Shown: positions 26,385-36,453, counted from the first letter of the stretch. The stretch: 64,000 nucleotides of DNA from Thermoanaerobaculia bacterium (GCA_035630815.1 DASQJY010000044.1:5249-69248); one strand, 5' to 3'. The notes: generated by a model from the letters alone, not told the origin. A program made the numbers and translations.

Positions 26385-27484
26385 GCGGGCACCATCTTAT
26401 GGATTTCTTCGGCCACGCGCCGCGCCGTCCCCGGCTCGCCGAGCTTGCCGCGCACCGCCGCGAGGTCCGCGCAGACCGCCTCGTAATGTCCCGGCTCGAC
26501 GAGCGCGCGCACTTCCTGCGCGATGCGGGGGCCGTTCACGTCGTCCTGGATCAGCTCCGGCACGATCCGCTTGCCGGCGACGATGTTCACCAGGGAAAAG
26601 TGCGGCAGCCGCACCAGGCGCTTGGCCAGGAAGTAGTTCGCCGCGCTCAGCCGGTACATCACCACCACCGGCGTGCCGAGGACCGCCGACTCCAGCGTCG
26701 CCGTCCCGGAGGAGGACAGCGCGACGTCGGCCGCGGCCACCCCTTCGCCGCCGTCGTGCGCGCGGACCGAGACCGTGATGCCGCGGTCGTGCATGATCCG
26801 GTCGAGCTTCTCGCGCGAGATGGTCGGCGCCTGGATGATGTATGCGTTGACGTTCCGTTCTCGCCGCAGGATCTCCACCGCGTCGAGCATCGGCGGCAGC
26901 AGCGAGAGCACTTCCATCCGCCGCGAGCCCGGCAGGAGCGCGATGCGCAGCTCGTCCGGATCGCGGGGCGGCTTCGGAATGTGGGCGAGCTGCTCGATGA
27001 GCGGATGCCCGACGTACGTCACCGGCACGTTGTGCCTGCGGTAGAACTCTTCCTCGAACGGGAAGATCACCACCATCCGGTCGACGTACTTGGCGATGTG
27101 CCGCACTCTCCCGGTCCGCCAGGCCCACAACTGCGGGGAGATGTAATAGACGACGCGCAGGCCGAGCTCTTTGCAGCGCTTCGCGACGCGCAGGTTGAAC
27201 TCGGGATAGTCGACCAGCAGCACGACGTCCGGCCGCTCCTGCTCGATCCGCTCGATCAGCTCCTTGAACACGCGCCGGAACATCGGCAGGTGCCGCAGGA
27301 CGTTGAAGAGCCCCACGATCCCCATCTCCCGCGCGTGGTGCAGCAGCGTCATCCGCTCGCGCGCGAGCAGGTCTCCGCCGATGCCGAACATGGTCAGGTT
27401 CGCGTCGAGCCTCTTCAGCTCGCGCACCACCTCGGAGGCATGCAGATCGCCGGAAGCCTCGCCGGCAACGATCGCGACCTTCAT
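26381..27484 (-). CDS. lpxB: lipid-A-disaccharide synthase
   Basis: MKVAIVAGEASGDLHASEVV start is typical of LpxB. Length 367 aa. Confidence 0.92.
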   Translation of the reverse strand: MKVAIVAGEASGDLHASEVVRELKRLDANLTMFGIGGDLLARERMTLLHHAREMGIVGLFNVLRHLPMFRRVFKELIERIEQERPDVVLLVDYPEFNLRVAKRCKELGLRVVYYISPQLWAWRTGRVRHIAKYVDRMVVIFPFEEEFYRRHNVPVTYVGHPLIEQLAHIPKPPRDPDELRIALLPGSRRMEVLSLLPPMLDAVEILRRERNVNAYIIQAPTISREKLDRIMHDRGITVSVRAHDGGEGVAAADVALSSSGTATLESAVLGTPVVVMYRLSAANYFLAKRLVRLPHFSLVNIVAGKRIVPELIQDDVNGPRIAQEVRALVEPGHYEAVCADLAAVRGKLGEPGTARRVAEEIHKMVPA

Positions 27485-27669
27485 CTGCCGAGCGGGAACG
27501 GGAACATCAGCCAGCCCAGGGCGATGCCGCCAAGAAAGAGCGAGCAGAAGATCACGAGAAACGAGCGGATGCGCTCGCGGCGCTCGTGTTTCCAGAGCAG
27601 AGAAAAGAAGGCCGCCGTGGCCGCGGCATAGATGAACATCAGCACGATGTGGTTGCGCAGGAAGCTCAC
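27481..27669 (-). CDS. small two-TM membrane protein, hypothetical
   Basis: 62 aa with two hydrophobic helices. 4-nt overlaps with both neighbours suggest translational coupling. Confidence 0.45.
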   Translation of the reverse strand: MSFLRNHIVLMFIYAAATAAFFSLLWKHERRERIRSFLVIFCSLFLGGIALGWLMFPFPLGR

Positions 27670-28037
27670 CGCTTCCTCCCCATCGAGATGTCGTAGCAGT
27701 CGAGCACCAGCAGCAGGTTCATGAGCCCCGCGCTGAGCGTGAACATCCGGCCGTACTCGAACGTGGCCGCGTTGATGCTGCCGGACGTGCCGAGGCCGCG
27801 AGCGATGAAGTAGAGCGTCCCGGAGCCCATCGAGCCGATGGTCGCCAGCAGCGAGAGCATCGAGCCCTTCGCCTCGGGGAGCGTGTAGAGCGCGCCGTCG
27901 ACGCCGAGGCCGAGGACGAAGAGCAGCACGATGATGGCGCAGAACGCCGCGGCGAGCGCGCGGCGCCCGAGGTAGAAGTGGCCCGCGCCCGGGACGAGCA
28001 GCGCGAGGGCCATCGAAGCGAGAGCGCGCGACTTCAT
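27666..28037 (-). CDS. small multi-TM membrane protein, hypothetical
   Basis: From MKSRALASMALALLVPGAGHFYLGRR. ATGA overlap with the HIT gene stop. The longer ORF-track version is out-of-frame overlap noise. Confidence 0.55.
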   Translation of the reverse strand: MKSRALASMALALLVPGAGHFYLGRRALAAAFCAIIVLLFVLGLGVDGALYTLPEAKGSMLSLLATIGSMGSGTLYFIARGLGTSGSINAATFEYGRMFTLSAGLMNLLLVLDCYDISMGRKR

Positions 28038-28546
28038 TCCGAGAAACGCGCTCCGTTCAGCTGCTCGAAGTGCGGCAGCAGCTTGCCGTACGTGACGTCG
28101 AGCTCCTCCGGCACCAGGCGCGTGCGCGCCGTGACGCTCATGAAGTTCGAGTCGCCGCTCCACCGCGGCACGATGTGCAGGTGGTAGTGATCGGCCACGC
28201 CCGCACCGGCCACCGTGCCGAAGTTCATCCCCACGTTGAAGCCGTCCGGGCCGTACACGTCCGACAGCACGCGCTGCGCTTCGGCGGTGACGCGGATGAG
28301 CGCCTTGAGCGACACGTCCGTCGAGTCGTACAGTCGCGCCTCGTGCGCCACCGGCGCCACCATGAGGTGGCCGTTCGTGTAGGGATACTTGTTCAGCATG
28401 ACCAGGGCATCGCGCGTGCGGAACAGCGTGAGCGCCGAGCGCGGATCGTCCGTCGTCGCCGCGACACAGAAGATGCAGCCGGCCGGCGCATCGGGTTTTG
28501 GGGCCGTCAAGTAGGGGTATCTCCAGGGAGTGAAGAGAGTTTCCAT
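28034..28546 (-). CDS. HIT-family nucleotide hydrolase/transferase
   Basis: Histidine triad HYHLHIVPR. Confidence 0.88.
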   Translation of the reverse strand: METLFTPWRYPYLTAPKPDAPAGCIFCVAATTDDPRSALTLFRTRDALVMLNKYPYTNGHLMVAPVAHEARLYDSTDVSLKALIRVTAEAQRVLSDVYGPDGFNVGMNFGTVAGAGVADHYHLHIVPRWSGDSNFMSVTARTRLVPEELDVTYGKLLPHFEQLNGARFSE

Positions 28547-28556
28547 GCGGGTGAGT

Positions 28557-28646
28557 CGAAATTGAAAATTGAAAATTGAAAATTGAAAGATCGGAAGCGC
28601 ATCGCCTGGTTCGATTTTTCAATTTTCAATTTTCAATTTTCAATTG
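28557..28646. repeat. GAAAATT-heptamer hairpin element (empty copy)
   Basis: CGAAATTGAAAATTGAAAATTGAAAATTGAAAGATCGGA, then a loop of about 15 nt, then TCGATTTTTCAATTTTCAATTTTCAATTTTCAATTG. The arms match those at 3949-4260. Confidence 0.92.
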
Positions 28647-28656
28647 CTGCCGTGTC

Positions 28657-29094
28657 TTACTCCCCGGCCGCCGCGGGCTCCGGCGCCGTCTCCGCGGCAC
28701 CTTCCGCCGCCGGCATCTCCGCCAGCGCCTTGTTGATCAGCTCCTTCAGCTCTTTGCCCGGCTTGAAGTACGGGATCTTCTTGGACGGCACTTCCACCTT
28801 CTCACCCGTCTTCGGGTTGCGGCCGGTGCGCGACTTGCGGCTGCGCAGGCGGAAGCTGCCGAAGCCGCGGAGCTCGATCTTCTGGCCGGCGCGGAGCGAC
28901 TCCACGATCGAGTCGAAGACGATGTTGACGATCGTCTCGGCCTGTTTCTTGGTGAGCTGGACCACCTTTGCGACCTCGTCCACCAGCTCGGCCTTGGTCA
29001 TCACGCCGGAGTTCAGCTCGATGGTGTTCTCGTCGTCCTCGTGCTCGTCGTGATCGAGCTCGAAATCATCGTTCTCGTGTTCGTCCAAGGCCAT
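28657..29094 (-). CDS. HU/IHF-family DNA-binding protein with acidic N-terminal and Ala/Pro/Glu-rich C-terminal extensions
   Basis: Core MTKAELVDEVA...IELRGFGSF.LRSRKSRTGRNPKTGEKVEVP is canonical IHF/HU. An alternative start at ATG 29004 would remove the acidic MALDEHENDDFELDHDEHEDDE extension. Confidence 0.85.
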   Translation of the reverse strand: MALDEHENDDFELDHDEHEDDENTIELNSGVMTKAELVDEVAKVVQLTKKQAETIVNIVFDSIVESLRAGQKIELRGFGSFRLRSRKSRTGRNPKTGEKVEVPSKKIPYFKPGKELKELINKALAEMPAAEGAAETAPEPAAAGE

Positions 29095-29108
29095 CCTCCT
29101 GGTCGTCG

Positions 29109-30059
29109 CTACTTGTACAGAAACTGCGGCAGCCGGCGGCTCGCGACGCGCTGCAGCAGCGCATCCGCGTCGCCGCCCGTCAAGAGCTCGAGCAGGCGAT
29201 CCTCGCGGCGCTTCGGCCACAGCTTCGTCGGCTCGCCCTTGATGCCGGCGAGCTTCCCCGCCGTCCGGACCGCGTCATCGATACTTCCGAGCTCGTCGAC
29301 GAGCTTCAGTTCCAGCGCCTGCTCGCCTGTGAAGATCCGTCCGTCGGCGATGCGGGCCACGTCGGCGTGTTTCATCTTCGTGCGGCGTCCGTGTGCGACG
29401 TCCCTCACGAATTGAGAGTGCAGCTGCGTCACGATTCCCTGGAAATACTGCCGCTCCGCATCCGTCAATTCACGGAACGGCGAGCCGGCGTCCTTGAGCG
29501 CGCCGCTGGTGATCGTCTCCGGCTTCATCTTCGCCCACTGCACCAGCTCCTTCATCTCGAACCACTGCAGGATCACGCCGATGGAGCCGGTGATCGAGCC
29601 GGGATTCGAGACGATCTGGTCGCAGGCGGCGGCGATGTAGAAGCCGCCCGAGGCCGCGACGCTGTCGAGCGAGGCCACGATCGGCTTGCCCGAATCGGCG
29701 CGGGTCCGGCGGATCGCGGAGTAGATCTCCTGCGAAGGCGCGATCGCTCCGCCGGGGCTGTTGATGCGGATCACGATCGCCTTGACCGAGGAGTTGTCGG
29801 CGTACTTTTTCAGGAGGTCGAGCGTTTCGCGCGCCTCCATGATCTCCCCTTCGATCGGGATGACCGCGACCTTGTCGCCGCCGAGGCTCAGCTCCGTCGA
29901 CTCGCCCGCGAACGACGCCGCCATGAGCGCCAGGATGAAGAAGCCGATGAACAGCACGGCGCACCCGGTCAGCGCGCCGAGGAAAAACGAGCCCGCGCGT
30001 GATTTACGCGCAGGCGGCGGCGGTGGCGGAACGATCTGCGGGGACTCGAGCTCGGACAT
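29109..30059 (-). CDS. sppA: signal peptide peptidase SppA, 36K type
   Basis: N-terminal TM, INSPGG, and SGGFYIAAACD...GSITGSIGV blocks. Confidence 0.9.
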   Translation of the reverse strand: MSELESPQIVPPPPPPARKSRAGSFFLGALTGCAVLFIGFFILALMAASFAGESTELSLGGDKVAVIPIEGEIMEARETLDLLKKYADNSSVKAIVIRINSPGGAIAPSQEIYSAIRRTRADSGKPIVASLDSVAASGGFYIAAACDQIVSNPGSITGSIGVILQWFEMKELVQWAKMKPETITSGALKDAGSPFRELTDAERQYFQGIVTQLHSQFVRDVAHGRRTKMKHADVARIADGRIFTGEQALELKLVDELGSIDDAVRTAGKLAGIKGEPTKLWPKRREDRLLELLTGGDADALLQRVASRRLPQFLYK

Positions 30060-30068
30060 GCCTCAGAC

Positions 30069-31874
30069 TCAGCTCTGCTGCGGGTTGGGCTCCGGGGTGA
30101 CGGCAGGATCTTCCTGCTCTTCCTGCTGCGTTTCCTGCTCGGGCGCCGGCTGCTCCAGCTCTGCCACCGGCTCTTCAGGGTGATGCTCTCCCTCGTGACC
30201 GTGGCCGGCGTACTGCGCCCGTTCTTCCTCGGTGAGCGGCTCGATGTCACGCGTGGTGAGACCGATCTTCCGCTCGTTCGCGTCGATCTTGATGATGCGC
30301 GCGCGCATCGGCTCCCCGACCGCGAACGTCTTGTCGAGCTTCTGCCGCGGGTCGCGCTGCACCTCGGAGACGTGCGCGAGACCTTCCACTCCGTCCGCGA
30401 GCCGGATGAACAGGCCGAAGTCGGTGATCTTCGAGACCACGCCGATCACGTCGTCGTTCAGGTGATGGTCCTTCGCGAAGTTGTCCCACTCGTTCGGGAG
30501 GAACTCGCGGATGGACAGCGACAGGCGCTGGTTGTCGCCGTCGACGTTGATCACGCGCGCCTTCACCACGTCGCCCTTCTTCAGCACCTCGCTCGGATGC
30601 TTGAGGCGGCGGTGCCACGACATGTCGGAGATGTGAATCAGGCCGTCGATGCCGTCCTCGACCTCGACGAACGCGCCGAAGTCGGTGAGGTTGCGCACCC
30701 GTCCCTCGATGACCGTGCCGACCGGGTAACGATCCGAGATCGTGTCCCACGGATTCGACTCGAGCGCCTTGAGCGAGAGCGAGATGCGGCGGTTGGCGAC
30801 GTTCACGTCGGAGACGACCGCTTCCACGACGTCGCCGATGTTCAGCATCTTTGCCGGATGGCGGATCTTCTTGGTCCACGACATCTCGCTGACGTGGATC
30901 AGCCCTTCGACGCCGTCCTCGAGCTCGATGAACGCGCCGTAATCCGTGAGGGAAACGACGTTCCCCTTGACCTTGCTGCCGAGCGGGTAACGCTCGGCCA
31001 CGTCGAGCCACGGATCGGGAGACTTCTGCTTGTATCCGAGGGAGACGCGCTCCGAGCTCGGATCGAACTTCAGGACCGCCACCTCGATCTCGTCGCCGAC
31101 GTTGAAGTACTCGGACGGATGCGTGACGCGGCCCCAGGAGATGTCGGTGATGTGCAGCAGGCCGTCCACGCCGCCGAGGTCGACGAAGACGCCGTAATCG
31201 GTGATGTTCTTGACGATGCCGTGCGTGAGCTCCCCTTCGCGGAGGCGCTCGAACGTGGCCGCTTTCGCGGCGCCCTGCTCGACTTCCACGATGGCCCGGC
31301 GCGAGAGGACGATGTTCGTCCGCTTCTTGTCGAACGAGACGATCTTGAACTTCATCTCGTGCCCCTTGAGGGCGTCGAGGTTCTTGACCGGCTTGGTGTC
31401 GATGAGCGAGCCCGGGAGGAAGGCCTTCACGCCGCCCACGTCGACGGCCAGTCCGCCTTTGACGCGATCGACGACGCGGCCGCTGATCGGCTCGTCCGCC
31501 TTGTACGCTGCTTCGATGACGTCCCAGACCCGCATACGTGCCGCTTTTTCGCGGGAAAGGGCCACGTAGCCGGTGGAGTCTTCGAGGCGCTCGATGAAGA
31601 CTTCGATCTCATCGCCGCGCTTGACCTTCACCTGGCCGTCGAAACCGGTGACTTCTTCGACGGGGAGGAGGCCTTCCGACTTGTAGCCGATGTCGACGAC
31701 GACATCGGAGGCCGTCACCTTGATGACACGGCCCTTGATGATCTCGCCCTCGGACAGCGATGGTTTGCTGTAGAGGTCGAGCAGCTCGTCCATGCCGAGG
31801 TTCTCCAGATTTCCATTTCCGGAGTCCGCCTGCCGCGGCTCTTTCGGCTTCTTGGTCTCGTCATTGGACGCCAT
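30069..31874 (-). CDS. rpsA: 30S ribosomal protein S1
   Basis: Six consecutive S1 OB-fold repeats (G.V..ITDFGAFV.L..G..GL.H.SE pattern). Confidence 0.95.
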   Translation of the reverse strand: MASNDETKKPKEPRQADSGNGNLENLGMDELLDLYSKPSLSEGEIIKGRVIKVTASDVVVDIGYKSEGLLPVEEVTGFDGQVKVKRGDEIEVFIERLEDSTGYVALSREKAARMRVWDVIEAAYKADEPISGRVVDRVKGGLAVDVGGVKAFLPGSLIDTKPVKNLDALKGHEMKFKIVSFDKKRTNIVLSRRAIVEVEQGAAKAATFERLREGELTHGIVKNITDYGVFVDLGGVDGLLHITDISWGRVTHPSEYFNVGDEIEVAVLKFDPSSERVSLGYKQKSPDPWLDVAERYPLGSKVKGNVVSLTDYGAFIELEDGVEGLIHVSEMSWTKKIRHPAKMLNIGDVVEAVVSDVNVANRRISLSLKALESNPWDTISDRYPVGTVIEGRVRNLTDFGAFVEVEDGIDGLIHISDMSWHRRLKHPSEVLKKGDVVKARVINVDGDNQRLSLSIREFLPNEWDNFAKDHHLNDDVIGVVSKITDFGLFIRLADGVEGLAHVSEVQRDPRQKLDKTFAVGEPMRARIIKIDANERKIGLTTRDIEPLTEEERAQYAGHGHEGEHHPEEPVAELEQPAPEQETQQEEQEDPAVTPEPNPQQS

Positions 31875-32000
31875 GTACTGGGGAACCCCCTACCGATATT
31901 GAAATCGCCTGCGCACGGCGCGTCTCGGCGCGCCCCTTCAATCAACGTAAGTTGTTGATACAGGTCGAAATCGGGAGTGTAGCGGCGGGGTATTGAGGAG

Positions 32001-32672
32001 TCAAGGAAGGAAGGAACGCTCCCTCACGGATTTCACTATGACTGCAACGACTTCCGCGATGGTGAGCGCCGAGGTATCAATGACGGTGTAGGTCTCATCG
32101 TGCATCAATGGAGAGTCGGCGCGGGTACTGTCCTGCCTGTCACGCTGCACCGAATCCGCCAGCACGGTTTCGAAATCGACGGTCTGCCCTTTTGCGACGA
32201 GCTCCGCGTGGCGGCGACGGGCGCGCACGTCGGCGCTCGCTTCGAGGAAGAACTTGTGCGGCGTTTCCGGAAACACCTTCGTCCCGATGTCGCGCCCCTC
32301 GAGCACGCCGCCATCGCGGCGCCCGAGCTCCTGCTGCATCGTCACCAGCAGGCGACGCACGGCCGGGATGGCCGAGACGTGGCTGGCCGCCATGCTGATC
32401 TCGGGCGTCCGAATCTCGCCGGTGATGTCTTCCCCGTCGAGAATGACGCGCGGCGGATCGCCGGGCACGAACTCGATCTTCGACCGCGCCGCCAGCTCCT
32501 CGAGCGCCTTGTCGTCCCCGACATCGAGCCCCCGCCGCACCGCCGCCAACCCGATCGCGCGATACATCGCCCCGGTGTCGATGTGCGGCAGGTTCAACTC
32601 CCGCGCGACGAGTTTGGATGCGGTGGTCTTGCCAACCCCGGACGGACCGTCGATGGCCACGATCAGCGCCAC
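32001..32672 (-). CDS. cmk: (d)CMP kinase
   Basis: ALIVAIDGPSGVGKTT P-loop. GTG start at 32672 with SD GGGAG 7 nt upstream. The ORF-track N-extension is translation of the repeat element. Confidence 0.92.
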   Translation of the reverse strand: MALIVAIDGPSGVGKTTASKLVARELNLPHIDTGAMYRAIGLAAVRRGLDVGDDKALEELAARSKIEFVPGDPPRVILDGEDITGEIRTPEISMAASHVSAIPAVRRLLVTMQQELGRRDGGVLEGRDIGTKVFPETPHKFFLEASADVRARRRHAELVAKGQTVDFETVLADSVQRDRQDSTRADSPLMHDETYTVIDTSALTIAEVVAVIVKSVRERSFLP

Positions 32673-32688
32673 GGTGTCGCTCCCGTGC

Positions 32689-32842
32689 CAGCAGTTTGGA
32701 GTGCGGTGACCGCAGTCACCGCTTTGACTTGCCGCGGAGCGGCAGCGCGCGTTGATCCGCACTCGTGCAGCTCCGAGGCACGCTCGCCGGCTCCGCCGGC
32801 AGTGAAAGCGGTGACTGCGGTCACCGCACTCCAAACTGCTGG
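32689..32842. repeat. long inverted repeat, GGAGTGCGGT family
   Basis: Arms are CCAGCAGTTTGGAGTGCGGTGACCGCAGTCACCGCTTTGACTTGCCG and CGGCAGTGAAAGCGGTGACTGCGGTCACCGCACTCCAAACTGCTGG, about 60 nt apart. Each arm holds its own small palindrome (GGTGAC..GTCACC). Confidence 0.9.
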
Positions 32843-32855
32843 CGCAGGGACCACG

Positions 32856-33839
32856 TTACCCGCGGCCTCGGCGTGTCTCGCGCGTGGGGCGTGCTTCGTG
32901 CGCAGACCGGCGCGCGACCGGGGACTTCGGGCGCGGTCCGGCGACCTTCGTGCGGGAGCTGGAGGTGCTCTTCGTCGAGGCGGCGCGCTTTGTGGCCGGC
33001 TTTTTCTTCGACGTGGTGGCCGGTCGCGAGGCGGCGGCCTTCTTCTTGGCGGTGGGGCGCGCGGGAGTACGGCGCGGCTTCGGCTTGGCCGGTTCCTGCA
33101 TCGTCTCCAGCATCTTCACTTCTTTCGGCGAGAGCTCGCGCCAGTCGCCGGCGGCGAGCTTCGGGTCGGCGATCGGACCGATGGCCACGCGGCGCAGCTT
33201 CGAGACCGGATGCCCGACCGCCTGGAACATCTTGCGGATCTGCTGCGTCCGTCCTTCGCGCAGACGGACCTCGTACCACGAGTTCCCTTCGTCCTCGCCT
33301 TTGCCGAGCGAACGCCCGGTGGTCTTCATCCGCGAGATCTCGCACGGGAGCGTCCGTTTGTTGTCGATGGTGATGCCGCGCTCGAGCTTCTCCACGATGC
33401 GCTCGGTGGGGACCCCGCGCACCTTGACGTGATACGTCTTCACCGACCCGTGCTTCGGATGCGAGACCTTGAACGCCAGGTCGCCGTCGTTGGTCAGCAG
33501 GATCAGCCCTTCCGAATGGAAGTCGAGCCGGCCGACCGGGTAGATGCGCTCGCGCACACCTTTCACCAGGTCGATCACGGTCTTGCGCCCCTGCGGGTCT
33601 TCGACCGTGGTCATCACTTCTTTCGGCTTGTAGAGCAGGATGTAGCGATGGGTCTCGGGACGGGTGATCAGCTTCCCGTCGACTTTGACGTGATCTTTGA
33701 CGGGATCGGCTTTCGATCCGAGCTCGTTGACGACGCGCCCGTTCACCGTCACCCGCCCCTCGCGGATCATCGCCTCGGCTTCTCTTCGCGATGCGAATCC
33801 GGCGTGCGCGATGATCTTCTGCAGTCGCTCGAGTTCCAT
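32856..33839 (-). CDS. rluB: rRNA pseudouridine synthase, RsuA/RluB family, with basic C-terminal tail
   Basis: S4 domain (RLQKIIAHAGFASRREAE) and catalytic block VGRLDFHSEGLILLTNDG. Confidence 0.88.
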   Translation of the reverse strand: MELERLQKIIAHAGFASRREAEAMIREGRVTVNGRVVNELGSKADPVKDHVKVDGKLITRPETHRYILLYKPKEVMTTVEDPQGRKTVIDLVKGVRERIYPVGRLDFHSEGLILLTNDGDLAFKVSHPKHGSVKTYHVKVRGVPTERIVEKLERGITIDNKRTLPCEISRMKTTGRSLGKGEDEGNSWYEVRLREGRTQQIRKMFQAVGHPVSKLRRVAIGPIADPKLAAGDWRELSPKEVKMLETMQEPAKPKPRRTPARPTAKKKAAASRPATTSKKKPATKRAASTKSTSSSRTKVAGPRPKSPVARRSAHEARPTRETRRGRG

Positions 33840-34577
33840 CTAATCTTCGTTCACTTCGGTGCGCGACGATTCTAACTGAGTTTCATCGGCAGCAACCTGC
33901 GACTGCTCTTCCAAACTCGTGCCTTCATCCGCGGACGGTGTCGTTTCACCCTCCGGCGCGCTTTCATTCGGCTCTTCGATGATGCCTTCGCCGGTCGGTT
34001 CCGGCGCGGCGTTGATCGCGGCCACGAGATCCTCGTTGATGTTCTCGCCGATCAGGTCTCCGAACTCCTCGAGACGCGGCAGGTCGCGGATGTCGTTCAG
34101 GCCGAAGTGCACGAGGAAGTCTTTCGTGGTGCGGTAGAGGAACGGCGAGCCGACCACGTTCTTGCGCCCGCCCACGCGGATCATGCGCCGTTCGAGCAGG
34201 GTGCGGATGGAACTGCTCGAGTTCACGCCGCGGATGTCCGAGACCTCGGGGGCGGTGATCGGCTGGCGGTACGCGACGATGGCCAGCGTCTCGAGCGCGG
34301 CCAGGGAGAGACGGTTCTCCCCTTTCTTCGCGAAGTACTTCTTGAGCACCGAGTCGTGCTCGGCGCGGGTGGTGAGGCGCCAGCCGCCCGCGGCCTGTTC
34401 GAGCATGAAGCCGCCTACGCGCTCGTCGAGATTGCGCTTGATGTCGTCGAGCTGGGCGGCCACCGCTTCCTTCGTTTCGTCGAGCGACTCGGCCAGATCG
34501 TCGATGCGCACCGGATCGCTGGAGAGAAAGAGGATCGCTTCCAGTGCAGCGCGCAGTTCGTTTGCTTCCATCGCCAT
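33840..34577 (-). CDS. scpB: segregation and condensation protein B
   Basis: LEAILFLSSDPV and LAALETLAIVAYRQPIT blocks. Downstream of scpA. Confidence 0.9.
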   Translation of the reverse strand: MAMEANELRAALEAILFLSSDPVRIDDLAESLDETKEAVAAQLDDIKRNLDERVGGFMLEQAAGGWRLTTRAEHDSVLKKYFAKKGENRLSLAALETLAIVAYRQPITAPEVSDIRGVNSSSSIRTLLERRMIRVGGRKNVVGSPFLYRTTKDFLVHFGLNDIRDLPRLEEFGDLIGENINEDLVAAINAAPEPTGEGIIEEPNESAPEGETTPSADEGTSLEEQSQVAADETQLESSRTEVNED

Positions 34578-34579
34578 GA

Positions 34580-35431
34580 CTACGAATTATCGAACAGCGC
34601 GAACGTCGCGTCGTCGATCTCCTTGTGCGTATTGTTGATGAGGATCTCGCCGAAGTTCGAGCCCTGCTGCAGCGCGATGCCGCCGAGGCGCACCAGCTCC
34701 AGCATGCCCAGGAACACCGCGATCAGCTCGTTGCGGTCGCGCCCTTCGAGGAACCACTGCAAACGCAGCGGCGCTTTCTCCTGCAGCTTGGCGTAGAGCT
34801 CGCGCATCTTGTCCGATACCTTGTGCGAGAGGCGCTGCAGCTCGATGGCCTGGGGATGGTTCTGCCGGTAGCGCACCAGGGCGGTGCGGAACGCGTCGAT
34901 GAGGTCGAAGAGTCCGACGTCGCTCATGTCCACTTCGTTCGGCTCGTCGGAGCCGGGCGGCGGGACGCGGGGGCGCGCCCACATCCCCATGCGCAGCACG
35001 TCGAGCTCCGCGAACGATTCGGCCACCGCCTTGAAGCGCTGGTACTCGAGCAGCCGGTCGACCAGCTCCTTGCGCGGGTCGTCGACGTCGTTACCGTCGC
35101 CGCTCTCGTCGCGCGGCAGGAGCATGCGCGACTTGATGTTGATCAGCACCGAAGCCATGTAGATGTAGTCGGCGGCGATGTCGAGATCGAGCTCGGTCAT
35201 CGTGTCGAGGTAGTCCGTGTACTGCTCGGTGATGAGCACGATGGGGATGTCGTAGATGTCGATCTCGTGCTTCTTGAGCAGGTGCAGCAGGAGGTCGAGC
35301 GGGCCGTGGAACGTGGGGAGCGTGACCTTGTACGCCGTGGCGTCGCTCTCCGGCTCCGGCATGGCCGCGCCCTGCGTGATCGGCTCGGCCACCGGCGCAT
35401 CCGCGACTTCGTTCTTCTCTTCGTCGCTCAT
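34580..35431 (-). CDS. scpA: segregation and condensation protein A
   Basis: FHGPLDLLLHLLKKHEIDIYDIPI kleisin N-motif. Confidence 0.9.
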   Translation of the reverse strand: MSDEEKNEVADAPVAEPITQGAAMPEPESDATAYKVTLPTFHGPLDLLLHLLKKHEIDIYDIPIVLITEQYTDYLDTMTELDLDIAADYIYMASVLINIKSRMLLPRDESGDGNDVDDPRKELVDRLLEYQRFKAVAESFAELDVLRMGMWARPRVPPPGSDEPNEVDMSDVGLFDLIDAFRTALVRYRQNHPQAIELQRLSHKVSDKMRELYAKLQEKAPLRLQWFLEGRDRNELIAVFLGMLELVRLGGIALQQGSNFGEILINNTHKEIDDATFALFDNS

Positions 35432-36453
35432 GAGCCGAGCTCGGGGTAATCGATCTTCATCGCCTTCCGCACCTGTTCCATGGTCTCGGCGGCGCGCTCG
35501 CGTGCCTTGGCGTTGCCGGCGCGGAGGGCGTTCCAGACGATGCCGGGATCGCGGTCGATCTCTTCACGCCGCGCGCGGATGGGCGCGAGTTTCTCGATCA
35601 TGATCTCGGTCAGCAGCTTCTTGTCCTGCACGCAGCCGATCTGCGCGGTGCGGCATTCATGGTCGACGCGCGCGATGGTGGCGTCGTCCGAGAAGAGCTT
35701 GTGGAAGTGGAACAGGTTGCAGATGTCGGGGTTGCCCGGATCGGTGCGGCGCACGCGGTTCGGGTCGGTGAACATGGTCGAGACGAGCGTCCGGATGTCG
35801 TCCGCGCTCGCGCTGAGCGGGATGGTGTTGCCGTACGACTTCGACATCTTCCGCCCGTCCAGCCCGGGGACTTTCGGCGTGGCAGTAAAGAGAGGTTGCG
35901 GCTCGGGGAAAACGTCGCCGTAGAAGTTGTTGAAGCGGCGGACGATCTCCCGCGACAGCTCGAGGTGCGCGGCCTGGTCTTCCCCGACCGGCACGAAGTG
36001 CGCGCGGTAGACGAGGATGTCGGCCGTCTGCAGCAGCGGATAGCCGAGGAAGCCGTAGGTGTTGAGGTCCTTCTCCTGGAGCTGCGCCTGCTGGTCCTTG
36101 AACGTCGGGACCCGCTCCAGCCACGGCAGCGGCGTGCACATGGAGAGCAGCAGATGCAGCTCCGCGTGCTCCTTCACCTCCGACTGCAGGAAGAGGACGC
36201 AGCGCTCCGGGTCGAGCCCGGCCGCGATCATGTCCCCGACCGCGTCGAACGTCGCCTGCCGCACCTTCGACGGATCGGCGTAATCCGAGGTGAGCGCGTG
36301 CCAGTCCGCCACCATGCAGAAAGACGGATACCGGTCCTGCAGCTCGACCCAGTTCTTCACCGCGCCGAAGTAGTTGCCGAGATGGATGCGGCCCGTAGGG
36401 CGAAGGCCGCTGAGTACGTATCGCTGAGAGGGTGAATTCAAGTCGAAGCTCAC
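35428..36453 (-). CDS. trpS: tryptophan-tRNA ligase
   Basis: SGLRPTGRIHLGNYFGA (HIGH-like) and KMSKS. GTG start at 36453. Confidence 0.92.
   Translation of the reverse strand: MSFDLNSPSQRYVLSGLRPTGRIHLGNYFGAVKNWVELQDRYPSFCMVADWHALTSDYADPSKVRQATFDAVGDMIAAGLDPERCVLFLQSEVKEHAELHLLLSMCTPLPWLERVPTFKDQQAQLQEKDLNTYGFLGYPLLQTADILVYRAHFVPVGEDQAAHLELSREIVRRFNNFYGDVFPEPQPLFTATPKVPGLDGRKMSKSYGNTIPLSASADDIRTLVSTMFTDPNRVRRTDPGNPDICNLFHFHKLFSDDATIARVDHECRTAQIGCVQDKKLLTEIMIEKLAPIRARREEIDRDPGIVWNALRAGNAKARERAAETMEQVRKAMKIDYPELGS

Noticed and set aside
24072-26486. 804-aa plus-strand ORF antisense to msbA and DUF374
   Set aside because: Same GC-rich antisense artefact. The minus strand carries complete ABC exporter motifs.
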